Of a DNA stretch of 64,000 nucleotides, positions 31,555 through 41,243 are shown in pieces. The DNA comes from Longimicrobiales bacterium. GTDB taxonomy: Bacteria > Gemmatimonadota > Gemmatimonadetes > Longimicrobiales > Gaopeijiaceae. The stretch covers positions 288,001-352,000 of the forward strand of contig OZ250165.1 in the NCBI GenBank assembly GCA_965238005.1, given 5' to 3'. The translations under genes and the position numbers were made by a program. The notes under the pieces were generated by a model. It was not told the DNA's origin, ran no database searches, and was given only the letters and a program-made list of their open reading frames with translations. Position 1 is the stretch's first letter, and the number at the start of each line of letters is the position of its first letter.

Positions 31555-31749
31555 AGGCCCGGACGGATCTCGCCGCCATTCACGCGTAATTTCCGGGATA
31601 CAGGGCACCGCCGCATCGACCCGATCTGCAGCACCGGTGACTTGGCAGCATCCTCGTCGACGGGCGCACATCCCGACTAAGTGATGACACGCTAGGTAGG
31701 GGACCAAGTGGGCACATCCACTCTGAGCAGTTATATCGTCAACCAACGG

Positions 31750-32290
31750 TCACGCGCAGCAACATCCCAGCAGCCCACAAGTTTGAAACACAAGCGTATC
31801 GGGGCTTAGTTCCAGGGCGGGATCATCCCTTTCCGCGTAAGGAGGAAACGACCCCGTGCCACCCGCAACGATCGGTGGGATAGGCCAACCTTCCGCAACC
31901 AACTGGTCACGGAAACCGATCGTTTGATTCCAACATTCATCCACCGCCACTCGTTGACATCGATTTAGTGGTTTTGTCCGTCGTAAACGTGCAAGCCACC
32001 TGGATTGAGACCTGCGGTGTTGATCCGCCGTCACACAAAGCGTGCCGTGCGAAAACTTTTCAACGAACTTGACGGTGCGGCCAAGATTCGGTCCGATGAT
32101 GTTGTACGCCAAAACGATATCTTTTACACCCACTTCGGCCAACATTTCCGCTTCGGAAAACGTCGCGCACTTGTGTTTTGTGACCCCCAGATCCATCTGC
32201 AACTGCACGAACTTCGCTGGTGTCTTCGATTCGATAGTGTTCGTCCATTTGGTCGCTCGAAGAAGCTTCGTGACGATGGATTTTCGACAT
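31750..32290 (-). pseudogene. D-threonine aldolase-family PLP enzyme, multiply deleted
   Basis: KCATFSEAEMLA, DIVLAY, GGTGSF, ELSP. Confidence 0.7.
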
Positions 32291-32372
32291 CGTAACTGTC
32301 ATCCGATCAATCACAAGAAGCGGAGGTCTACGATGAGCTTGTTCGATGTGCTCTTCGGATCTGGCGACGACA

Positions 32373-33713
32373 ATGAATGAGGCCGGCCCGGGAAGCGTGC
32401 GGAATGAGGGACTGGTGCGTGTGATCGGAGTCGGCGCACTTGGCCTAGGCGTTGTGAACATGGTGGTCGGTGCAGGAATTTTTGTTTTGCCGGGCCGCGT
32501 CGCAGCGGAGCTGGGATCTGCCGCGATCCTCGCTTACCTCGTCTGTTCGGTCGCCGTGGCGCTGATCTTCCTGTGCTTTGCGGAAGTCGGCAGCCGCATA
32601 ACCCGCAGTGGCGGCGCTTACGCGTACATCGAAGAAGCGTTCGGACCGCTTGCCGGATTCATCGCGTCGATATTGTTGTGGTTCGGCTATCTCGCCCTAT
32701 CGGATGCTGCCATCACCGTCGCCATGGTCGAAACAATGACCATCGCGTTTCCGGTTCTTGGCGAGCGCATTCCACGCGCACTGTTCATCATCGCCCTGTT
32801 CATGTTCTTGACCGTCGTGAACATCAAGGGCGTCAAGGCGGGCGTACGATTATACGTGTTCAACACGCTGGCCAAGTTGATCCCGCTGCTACTGCTGTTG
32901 GTCGCCGGACTGTTCGCCATCAACGTGGAGAATCTTGCGATTCCCGTGTGGCCTTCCGCTCAACAGATGGGAGCAGGTGCGATCCTCCTGTTTTTTGCCT
33001 TCACCGGGGCGGAAGCTGCGCTGAACGCCAGTGGAGAAATCAAAAACCCATCGAAGACCGTGCCGATGGGGCTGTTGATCGGGATCGGGGTTCTTCTTGT
33101 GCTTTACGTTGGGCTACAAACGGTCGCGCAGGGCGTGCTCGGGCCCGAACTTGCAAACAACACCGAAGCGCCGTTGGCGGCTGTTGCGGTCGAAGTGTTC
33201 GGCGGCTGGGGCGGCAAGATGCTGCTCGTGGGCGTTGTTATTTCGATCTATGGCGCGATCAGCGGAGACATGCTGGGCGCCCCGAGGGTCATATTCGCAT
33301 CATCACTGGACGATAACCTACCGAAGGTTCTGTCGAAGGTGCATCCAAAGTACAAGACGCCGTATGTGGCCGTGATTTTCTTCGCAATTGTGGTATGCGC
33401 GTTTGCGCTGAGTGGCACCTTCAGGTATCTGGCCGTGTTCGCGACCGGGTCGCTGCTGCTCATCGACCTCGGCGTGAGCCTTGCCGTGCTGCGTTTGCGC
33501 CAGCGTGACGGTCTGCCCAAAGCCGGTGAGTTCCGATTGCCATTCGGACCTCTCGTTCCGCTTTTGAGCTGCCTCATCGTCGGCTGGCTGCTCCTTCAAG
33601 TGCCGGCCGAAGAAGCCATAAGCATCGCCGGGCTTGTCAGCGCCTCGGTCGTCGCATACGCCATTCGAGCTATGCTTCGTGGATCATGGAGCGGCAATAA
33701 GCCGGCGGCGTAG
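32373..33713 (+). CDS. APC-family amino acid permease
   Basis: VGAGIFVLP, FAE..S...SGGAYAY, FAFTGAE, HPKYKTP; about 12 TMs. Confidence 0.93.
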   Translation: MNEAGPGSVRNEGLVRVIGVGALGLGVVNMVVGAGIFVLPGRVAAELGSAAILAYLVCSVAVALIFLCFAEVGSRITRSGGAYAYIEEAFGPLAGFIASILLWFGYLALSDAAITVAMVETMTIAFPVLGERIPRALFIIALFMFLTVVNIKGVKAGVRLYVFNTLAKLIPLLLLLVAGLFAINVENLAIPVWPSAQQMGAGAILLFFAFTGAEAALNASGEIKNPSKTVPMGLLIGIGVLLVLYVGLQTVAQGVLGPELANNTEAPLAAVAVEVFGGWGGKMLLVGVVISIYGAISGDMLGAPRVIFASSLDDNLPKVLSKVHPKYKTPYVAVIFFAIVVCAFALSGTFRYLAVFATGSLLLIDLGVSLAVLRLRQRDGLPKAGEFRLPFGPLVPLLSCLIVGWLLLQVPAEEAISIAGLVSASVVAYAIRAMLRGSWSGNKPAA

Positions 33714-33795
33714 CCGCTGGATCACAACTCTTCATGGCTGGCCAACTACATCCAGGAGCGCGTTACCGAGCTACAGAGTGGTTTGGGTTTGGAAG

Positions 33796-34881
33796 CTAGA
33801 GCGAAGCCTGGCGCCCCATAGTCGCCAAATGCACCGCGTCTCTGAGCATTGACGCCGCTGTCGGTACGGGTTCACGCTCCCATATCTTGTGGAACGTTCT
33901 TCCGTAGATATCACTCTGAATTTCGACTGCCATCTCCCAACCGCTACACCCGCCCAGAAAGCTCGCGATTGGCACAGGCGTAGGCTCGACCCGGAAACGC
34001 CATTCGGTATCGATGCGTTCGGCAGTAGCTACCAGCTTAAGCACTGTTTCGTCGCGACGGCACTGCTGCAGCCGGTCGGCCTGCACGTCCTCAATGCCAG
34101 TCACGTTCACGTCGGCGAGCGTTATGATCGTGTCTCCGATGCTATTTGCGGCGATGACGAGCTTGGCGGCCGTGTCCCAGCCGCCAACGTCGAGGCTCGG
34201 ATCAGCTTCCGCAATCCCTCTTTCTTGTGTTTCGCGGAGCGCGTCTGCATAGCCACGCCCATTAAGCATTTCTTCCAGAATGAAGTTCGTCGTGGCGTTG
34301 AAGATACCTCGGAAGCTCAATACGTTGCCGCAAACCATGTCACGCCTAACGATATTGAGCACGGGAAGCCCGCCACAGAACGCTGCGCTATAGAGGATAC
34401 CCACGTCGGCGTTCGTCGCGAGACCATTGAGCTCCTCGTGAGAGAGCGCCAAGGGAGCCTTGTTGGCCAACACCAGGTGCAGTCCGTGCTCCAGCCCCGC
34501 CCTACAATTCGAGAGGCCCGGCTCCCCGGTGTCGATGTTAAGCGGTGACGATTCCAGGAGAATCTCGCACGTGACCCTGTCGAGCGCTCCCGCCAGTGTC
34601 AGACCTTCGCAAAATTCGCGTAGCTCGCGAAGCTTCAGCCCACACACTTTGTGTTCCAGCAGGCGGGCAAGATCGAACCCATCATCACTCACCGCGACAC
34701 CGCTGCTGTCAACAACGCAATGGACGCTGAAAGAAAGGCCATATTTCTCTCTAAGGGTGTCGTCGCGCTCGATCAGAAGCCTGAGGAAACGGCGTCCGAC
34801 GTTACCCAGTCCGACTATTGCCAACCCAACTCGCTTCACCTGGGGACCCCCGTTGGGAATAGACTCATGGAGCGACATCAC
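33796..34881 (-). CDS. Homoserine dehydrogenase-like protein (no ACT domain)
   Basis: GLGNVG, ANKAP, GGLP, GIFNATTNFIL, GIAEADPSLDVGGWDTAAK. Confidence 0.88.
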   Translation of the reverse strand: MMSLHESIPNGGPQVKRVGLAIVGLGNVGRRFLRLLIERDDTLREKYGLSFSVHCVVDSSGVAVSDDGFDLARLLEHKVCGLKLRELREFCEGLTLAGALDRVTCEILLESSPLNIDTGEPGLSNCRAGLEHGLHLVLANKAPLALSHEELNGLATNADVGILYSAAFCGGLPVLNIVRRDMVCGNVLSFRGIFNATTNFILEEMLNGRGYADALRETQERGIAEADPSLDVGGWDTAAKLVIAANSIGDTIITLADVNVTGIEDVQADRLQQCRRDETVLKLVATAERIDTEWRFRVEPTPVPIASFLGGCSGWEMAVEIQSDIYGRTFHKIWEREPVPTAASMLRDAVHLATMGRQASL

Positions 34882-34984
34882 GGCGGCTCGTACTGGTACT
34901 CGGCTACTCCGATTGAAACAAGGGACGAACGCGCGTCACGGGTGATTCGCTGCCGCACTCCTTAGTAGCATATTGAGACCGGTT

Positions 34985-35050
34985 TAGCGCACCCGATTTC
35001 CCTGGACAGTAGATTGGCGACACGAGTTGGGGTCCAGAGAGAGAGGGAAC
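34985..35050 (+). mobile_element. Isolated left end of an IS related to the 1433 element
   Basis: TAGCGCACCCGATTTCCCTGGACAGTAGATTGGC matches 1433-1466. Confidence 0.75.
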
Positions 35051-35515
35051 GGCGAAGACGTGGCAGAATGGCCTATGGCCATTCCTGTGGCGAGCCCGAA
35101 GAAGCGAAGCGACGAGGCGAGCCTGCAGCTCCCCCCGAATGTAGAAGTGTTGAAGCGGGTGCTAAACGATGACGGCAAACGAAGAGACCGAGAGAACCCG
35201 CTGGAACGCGCCAGGTGGCACGCCAAGCAACGAGCCTTGGACGTGCTTTGCTTCCTGCGGGCGTACGGCGTGGCGGGCCTGGAACGTTGGGCGAGTGCCA
35301 GGTTGTCACCGCGCCGCCGGATTACGCAGCTGGCGATAGAGCGCCGGGCACTCAGGCTCTATCGGGCAAGTCGGCGGCGCCAAGCGATGAAAGGCCGGGC
35401 GAGTGGTCCCGGGAGAGGCAAGAGCCGGTAGCGGGGCGTGTCGCGATACGGCGGCCGGATCCGGATTGGTCATGAGGTTCCCCGGGGACACCTATAGTTC
35501 GGCCTCTCGCGACCC

Positions 35516-35830
35516 TCAGTCCCAGTCGCCCTCGGCGTCCCTGCGTAGCGCGTCTGCGAGCTCGGGATCGCCCTCGCCGCGGCGGACGGAGCGCTCGACG
35601 AGATCGACCCGTCGGCCCAGATCGGCGAGCCCGGCGGCGCGGGCGACGGCGTAGATCGCGGCGGCGACTGCCGCGAGCGCCAGGGCCAGGTCCAAGGCGA
35701 TGCTCACGCCATGGTCGGCGAGGACCACGGACCAGAACGGCGCCAGGTACTCGAGCCGGGCTCCGCCGAGCAGGACGGCTGAACCGGCTAGAGCGGCGGT
35801 CAGGCCGGCGCCGATCTTCCAGGGTTGCAC
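35516..35830 (-). CDS. Small membrane protein, last gene of the virD4-ardC module
   Basis: 2 TMs plus VERSVRRGEGDPELAD tail, a homolog of which recurs at 49423-49471. Confidence 0.6.
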   Translation of the reverse strand: MQPWKIGAGLTAALAGSAVLLGGARLEYLAPFWSVVLADHGVSIALDLALALAAVAAAIYAVARAAGLADLGRRVDLVERSVRRGEGDPELADALRRDAEGDWD

Positions 35831-35843
35831 GGGAGTCCCCTAG

Positions 35844-37444
35844 GAGTCTGCGCCGCAGAACCCTGCGGCGGCTATCTTTGGTGGTAGCGAAGGCATTGGG
35901 AAGGCTTGCGGATCACCGAGGGGGGTGAATGGGAACGACATTTCGACCGTACGATCCGGAGCAGATGTTGTTGCTGCCTCCGGATCTTCGGGAGTGGGTG
36001 TCGGAGGGTCATTTGGCGCACCATGTGAGCGACCTGGTGGACGCGGTGGAGCTGAGCGCGTTCTACGGGCGGTACCGGGGGGACGGGCGGCGCAACTCGC
36101 CGTACGACCCTCGGATGATGGTCAAGGTGCTGATCTACGCGTATGCGACGGGCACCTTCTCGTCGCGGAAGATGGCGAGGAAGCTGGAGGAGGATGTCGC
36201 GTTTCGGATGCTGGCGGCGGAGAACTTCCCGAAGCACCGGACGCTGTGCGAGTTCCGCAAGCGCCATCTCGGGGATTTCCGGGCGGTGTTTGTGGAGGTG
36301 GTGATGCTCGCGCGGGCCTTGGGGCTGGCGGGGCTTGGCAGGGTGTCGGTGGACGGGACGAAGGTTCGGGCGAACGCGAACAAGCGCAAGGCGATGAGCT
36401 ACGGCCGGATGGTGACCGGGGAGCCTCGGCTGGAGGCGGAGATCCGGGGGCTGTTGGAGAGGGCCGAGGCGGTGGACGAAGCGGAAGACGAGCGCTACGG
36501 CGAGGAAGCATGCGGAGACGAGGTGCCGGAGGAGCTCAAGCGGCGCGAGGACCGGCTGGCGGCGATCCGGGAGGCGAAGGCGCGCCTGGAAGCCGAGCAG
36601 AGAGCGGCGGACGACGCACGGGGCCGCAAGCCGGGGCAGACGCGCAACCCGAAGGGCGGCAGGCCCTACAAGCGGGAGTACGGAGAGCCGGACGAGGCGG
36701 CGCAGAGCAACTTCACGGACCCTGAGAGCCGGATCATGAAGACGAGTTCGGAGGGGTTCCAGCAGTGCTACAACGCACAGACGGTCGTGGAGGGGGAGAA
36801 CCAGCTGGTGGTCGGGGCCGAGGTGACGGACAACGCGAGCGACCAGGGCCAGCTGGTGCCCATGGTCGACGCGGTGGCGCAAGCGTACGGCGAGACGCCG
36901 GCGCAGGTGCTGGCGGACACGGGCTATTGCAACGAGCGGGATCTCGAGGAACTGGAAGAGCGAGACATCGACGGGTATGTGGCGCTGGCCCGGGAGGGCA
37001 AGGCCGCCCCCACGGTTGACAAGGAGGAATATCCGGCGAAAGTCCGCATGGCGGAGAAGCTGGCGAGCGAAGATGGCCGCAGACGCTACGCACGGCGAAA
37101 GTCGCAGGCCGAGGCGCCCATCGGCTGGATCAAGGAAGTGATGGGCTTTCGACGATTCAGCTTCCGGGGCCTCGAGAAGGTCCGGGCCGAGTGGACCCTC
37201 GTGTGCCTGGCACTCAATGTGAAGCGGCTGCACACCCTTCAGGCGGCATGACTGCACGAGGGTTCACCCGCATCTGCCGGCGCGAGGGCTCTCGTAGCTC
37301 TCTTGCCCCCCCAACGCATCCATTCCGCTCTCCCGATCCGTCGCAGACACAAGTCCTCAACCTCCCAATCACCCGGATCCGCCTCGCCGCGGACGGCTCG
37401 ATGACCATTCGGCTCAGTCAGCTGTGCTTCTGCGGCGCAGACTC
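35844..37444 (+). mobile_element. IS1182-family element with CTAG target duplication
   Basis: Perfect IRs GAGTCTGCGCCGCAGAA; CTAG at 35840-35843 and 37445-37448. Confidence 0.9.
35929..37251 (+). CDS. IS1182-family transposase
   Basis: YDPRMMVKVLIYAY, SSRKM, DGTK, TDPESR, YNAQ, ADTGY. Confidence 0.93.
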   Translation: MGTTFRPYDPEQMLLLPPDLREWVSEGHLAHHVSDLVDAVELSAFYGRYRGDGRRNSPYDPRMMVKVLIYAYATGTFSSRKMARKLEEDVAFRMLAAENFPKHRTLCEFRKRHLGDFRAVFVEVVMLARALGLAGLGRVSVDGTKVRANANKRKAMSYGRMVTGEPRLEAEIRGLLERAEAVDEAEDERYGEEACGDEVPEELKRREDRLAAIREAKARLEAEQRAADDARGRKPGQTRNPKGGRPYKREYGEPDEAAQSNFTDPESRIMKTSSEGFQQCYNAQTVVEGENQLVVGAEVTDNASDQGQLVPMVDAVAQAYGETPAQVLADTGYCNERDLEELEERDIDGYVALAREGKAAPTVDKEEYPAKVRMAEKLASEDGRRRYARRKSQAEAPIGWIKEVMGFRRFSFRGLEKVRAEWTLVCLALNVKRLHTLQAA

Positions 37445-38326
37445 CTAGAGCTCGATCGCGGCCGGGTCGTACTCCGCGGGGCCGCGCAGGGAGCTACGAT
37501 CGTTGCCCGGTCCGAGGATTCGGAGGACCCGTCTCCCGGCCGCTCCGTTGGCGTGCATCCGGAACCCTGCGGCGGCCTTGGCCCGAACCGATCCCTGGCG
37601 GTAGTGCCCCGAGGCGACCTCGATGTTGACGCGGCCGCCGCGCCCGTCGGAGTCGGCGTACTCGATCTGCGCGTCGGGGTAGAGGACGCGGCCCTGTCCG
37701 TCGATGGGCAGACCGAGTTCCTCGGCCGCGCGATGCCGTTCGGCATCGGCGGCCTTCCGGCCCTCCCGCACCCGCACGGCCTCGCTCCGGCGTGCGACGG
37801 TGCCCTTGAGCTCGCCGTCCAAGCGGACACGCCGGACCCGGGCGCCCCGCTCGAGCAGGCGTTGGCGTTCGAGCCCGCAGGCCCTGTAGATCGCGGTGTC
37901 GTGTGCGAGCTGGGAGCGTTGGAGGCGAGCGATACCGATCTCCTGGCCGGGATCCAGCCCTCGCGCGGAGGCCAGCTCACGTGTGGCGGCGACGCCGCTC
38001 CGTGTGAGCGTCAGAACCTTGAACGGGTTGCCGTTGGGTCCAGTGGCTCGGGTTTCTTGGGCGAGCCCTTCGCGGATCCAGGCGTTCACGGCCCGCCGGG
38101 TGGTGTAAGGATGCCCTCCGAAATGGGTCTCGGCCAGGTCCCGGAACGAGACGCAGCGGTAGATGCCCACATCGGCGAGCGCCCGCTCGGAGCGGTCGCG
38201 GAAGGAGATGGACCCGGCGCCCTCGCGCGCGTCGTATTCTCGGCGATGGCCGTCCCGCATGCGGTAGTGAGTGCGGCTTTGTGGCGGGGCGGGGCGCGGG
38301 TCCGATTCGATCGTTCGGTCCATCAT
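37445..38326 (-). CDS. Winged-helix plus PD-(D/E)xK-like protein, resembling the Replic_Relax family
   Basis: N-terminal wHTH-like region, LAHD, YPDAQIEY...NIEV. Confidence 0.55.
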   Translation of the reverse strand: MMDRTIESDPRPAPPQSRTHYRMRDGHRREYDAREGAGSISFRDRSERALADVGIYRCVSFRDLAETHFGGHPYTTRRAVNAWIREGLAQETRATGPNGNPFKVLTLTRSGVAATRELASARGLDPGQEIGIARLQRSQLAHDTAIYRACGLERQRLLERGARVRRVRLDGELKGTVARRSEAVRVREGRKAADAERHRAAEELGLPIDGQGRVLYPDAQIEYADSDGRGGRVNIEVASGHYRQGSVRAKAAAGFRMHANGAAGRRVLRILGPGNDRSSLRGPAEYDPAAIEL

Positions 38327-38344
38327 GTTGTCCCTCCTTGGGCG

Positions 38345-39382
38345 TCAGCGGCGCGGGCCGAAGCTCCGGCTCGGAACCGGCGGCAGCGGAAGCTCCGGCC
38401 GGACGGCGGGCTCGGGAGTGGGAGCGGGAGCGGGAGCGCGGGTGGCGGCCACCGCCGCCGGCTCGGGCTCGCGCTCGCGGCTCCGGGCCAGCACGAAGTC
38501 GGAGATCTTCTGTGCGTCGGCCGCGGCGCGGCGGATCTCCCTCGGATCCTCCTCGAGGGCGGCGACCCACCCCTCGACGTAGGCGGCCCCTCGGCTCGGG
38601 TCATGGCCGACGCCCACGCGCTCGCCGGTCATCATGGCGCTGATCTCTGCGCGGAGCTCCTCCTTCGCGTAGGCCGGCGAACCGAACCCGTCGGCGATCC
38701 CTTGGGTGAGCGTGGCGCGGTTCATCCGCTCCGGATGGCCCGTGCTGTGCCCCAGCTCGTGGAGCGCGGTCTGGTAGTAGTGGTTGGCCGAGGGGAACTG
38801 TCCCCTCTCCGGAAGCACGATCTCGTCGTTGTTCAGCGAGTAGAACGCGCGGTCGCCCGCCACGTGACGGACGGGGACCCCGCTGTCCTCGAGGACGCGT
38901 TCGGCCTGCTGGTGGGCCTTCCAGGGCGGCTCGGCAGTGGGTGTGGGCCGGGCCGGGAGCCCGTCGGCCTGCTCGGCGTTGAACACGGTGTACTGCCGGA
39001 CGAACGGCTTGGGCAGGCGCTCGTAGCGGTAGACGCGCTTGCCTTCGTTGTCCCTGACGGGCCGACCGCGCTCGTCGGTGACGGCGATCTTCCGGTGGTC
39101 CTGGAAGGAGAGGATGCGAGTGCCCTGCTCGCCCTTCCGCACCTGTCCGTCCCGGGCTTGGATCTGGCGGTAGGTGCCCCAGCGCACGTCGCCGTAGCCG
39201 CGGTCCTGCTGGACGGCGGCAAGGTGCAGGCTGTTGCCGCCCGCGTACGAGCGGCCGGTATCGACGTTCGAGGGGAGGACGCGCTCGCCCGGCCCCCAGG
39301 GCTTCTGCCAGGGCGCGGTGCCCTGGCGGATCTGCTCGATGATCACGTCTGCGAACTGGCGGTGATATTCGTCGTGTTTCAT
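38345..39382 (-). CDS. ardC: ArdC-family antirestriction / ssDNA-binding protein with zincin domain
   Basis: APWQKPW, YAGGN, WGTYRQ, VRKGE, VFNAEQ, HELGH, YAKEELRAE. Confidence 0.9.
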   Translation of the reverse strand: MKHDEYHRQFADVIIEQIRQGTAPWQKPWGPGERVLPSNVDTGRSYAGGNSLHLAAVQQDRGYGDVRWGTYRQIQARDGQVRKGEQGTRILSFQDHRKIAVTDERGRPVRDNEGKRVYRYERLPKPFVRQYTVFNAEQADGLPARPTPTAEPPWKAHQQAERVLEDSGVPVRHVAGDRAFYSLNNDEIVLPERGQFPSANHYYQTALHELGHSTGHPERMNRATLTQGIADGFGSPAYAKEELRAEISAMMTGERVGVGHDPSRGAAYVEGWVAALEEDPREIRRAAADAQKISDFVLARSREREPEPAAVAATRAPAPAPTPEPAVRPELPLPPVPSRSFGPRR

Positions 39383-39598
39383 CGGTCTTCCTCCTCCTGC
39401 CGGCCCGCGTCCCGGATCTCGTCTTCGGTGCCCACGTCCTCGGGGAAGAGGCCGTACTCCTCGGCCAGCGCGGCCGGCACCTCGAGGGCCTCGCCGCCGT
39501 CCCGCGCGAGCTCGCGGTCGAACTCGTCGAGCGTCTCGACGCGAACGATGTTCTCGTCGCTTTCCATGGCTTCACTCCTTGGCTGTTGGTTCTTCATT
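39379..39598 (-). CDS. Small very acidic protein
   Basis: MKNQQ.../MESDENIV...EEEDR; stop overlaps the ardC start (ATGA); start approximate. Confidence 0.55.
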
Positions 39599-40555
39599 GG
39601 GCTTGCTCCAGATGGGTTCGGTGAGCCAGCGGTTGGCGGCCGCGTCGTAGCCCTGGACCTCGAGTGCTTCCTCGACGAACCGCCGGCCCCGGCGCCGGGC
39701 CATGTGGACGACGAGCGAGATGCCGTCGACCACGCCCCTGCAGGTGACCTCCCAGGGGAGCGCGCCGCCAGCCTGCATCGCACAGCTCGCCAGGCGCGAG
39801 AGCGCGGAGCGGGCGTTGTTCGCGTGCACCGTGGTCAGCGATCCGCCGTGGCCGGTGTTGAGCGCCTGCAGGAGGTCGGCCGCCTCGCCGCCGCGCACCT
39901 CGCCGACGACGATGTGGTCGGGCCGGTGGCGAAGCGCGTGCCGGACCAGCTCGCGGATCGATACGGGTGCCTCGGGGCCGGCGGCCCCGGCCTCGAAGCG
40001 GAGGCAGTTCGCGCGGTCGACCCTGAGCTCGAGCGTGTCCTCGATGGCGACGATCCGCTCTTCCTCGGGCAGGAGCTCGATCAGGGCGTTCAGTAGCGTG
40101 GTCTTCCCCGAGCCGGTGCCTCCGGAGACCAGGACGTTCCGCCGGGAAGTGAGAGCGTTGCGGGCGGCGCGGAACACGCTCTCGGGCAGCGCGCCCTGGC
40201 GCACGAGATCTTCGGCCGAGAACGCGCGGCCCCCGAACCGGCGTATGGTGATGGCGACCTCGGGACTCGCGGGCGGCGTGCAGATGGCGACCCTTGAGCC
40301 GTCATCGAGACGGGCATCGAGGATGGGTCTGGCGGCGGGATCGAGGCCGAGCGGCCGCGCGATGTGGATCGCGGCGCGGTGGAGCCAGGCGGCGGTGAGT
40401 CCCGGCGCCTCGTGGGGCTCGAGTCGGCCGCCTCGCTCGATCCAGACGTTGCCGGGTCCGTTGATCATGATCTCGGAGACCTCCGGGTCCTCGAGGAGCG
40501 TCTCCAGGCCCGGAAGGAACGGCTTCAGGTGCGCGATCCCGCTTGCGCGCTTCAT
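39572..40555 (-). CDS. CpaF/VirB11-family secretion ATPase
   Basis: EIMING, GGTGSGKTT, IEDTLEL, RPDHIVVGEVRG, NTGH. Confidence 0.92.
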   Translation of the reverse strand: MKRASGIAHLKPFLPGLETLLEDPEVSEIMINGPGNVWIERGGRLEPHEAPGLTAAWLHRAAIHIARPLGLDPAARPILDARLDDGSRVAICTPPASPEVAITIRRFGGRAFSAEDLVRQGALPESVFRAARNALTSRRNVLVSGGTGSGKTTLLNALIELLPEEERIVAIEDTLELRVDRANCLRFEAGAAGPEAPVSIRELVRHALRHRPDHIVVGEVRGGEAADLLQALNTGHGGSLTTVHANNARSALSRLASCAMQAGGALPWEVTCRGVVDGISLVVHMARRRGRRFVEEALEVQGYDAAANRWLTEPIWSKPNEEPTAKE

Positions 40556-41088
40556 ATCCGGCCCTCCTCGCGGAGCCGCCAGTAGCCCACGTCCCTCGGC
40601 AGGTAGTGGGGTTTCAGGTAGACGCGCCGGGCAGGGAGCGACTTCGTGCCGTCGTAGGGCAGACAGATCGCCTGGTAGTTGGCCAACAGCGCGAACTCGC
40701 GCGGCGTGAACACGGGCTCCCTCTGCTGCCGGAACGACTTGCTCGCGCCGATCGTGCCGCGGCCCCCGCCGGCTCGCCCGGACAAGAGCGAGAACTCGGG
40801 CCTGCCCGTGGTCTCGGTGAACGTGTAGGAGGGCTGCGTCTTCATGACGCTGCCGCACATCTCGGACGCGATCCGGGCCGACGACTCGTCGGACAGCGAC
40901 AGGAAGATCCGGGTGCGGAGCGTCTGGAGGAGCGTGCGCCAGGCCTCGCCTCCGGGCAGCACGGAGCGGAGCGAGGAGATCGACTGCGTGGCGACGATCG
41001 GGACGCAGCGGCACTGCCGGGTGAGCGCGAACGCCTTCTCGTCGCCCGAGGGATCGTCCTGGCCGACGGTCGCGAACGCCTGGTACTC
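40552..41088 (-). pseudogene. VirD4/TraG-like coupling protein, C-terminal remnant
   Basis: EYQAF...IVATQSISSL; sequence starts at the Walker B motif. Confidence 0.75.
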
Positions 41089-41207
41089 CTTCTACGCACT
41101 GTCCATCTAGGTTCCAGGAAGTCCCATAAGACAAGTGAAGTTGTTGTAGGGGATATACTTATGTTATATTGCCATCTCAGGAAGGCCGCTATATTCCAAG
41201 ACCTAAA

Positions 41208-41241
41208 GGGTGATCCACGGGGTGATCGCAAAAGGGTGACC
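41208..41241. repeat. Three GGGTGAYC repeats, putative arm-type sites
   Basis: 41208, 41220 and 41234, immediately before the integrase start. Confidence 0.6.
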
Positions 41242-41243
41242 AG

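Noticed and set aside
37424..40096. 890-aa plus-strand ORF and similar long ORFs (11857-13278, 26613-28181, 28411-29928, 35872-37257)
   Set aside because: Antisense shadows of real genes in high-GC DNA; no motifs
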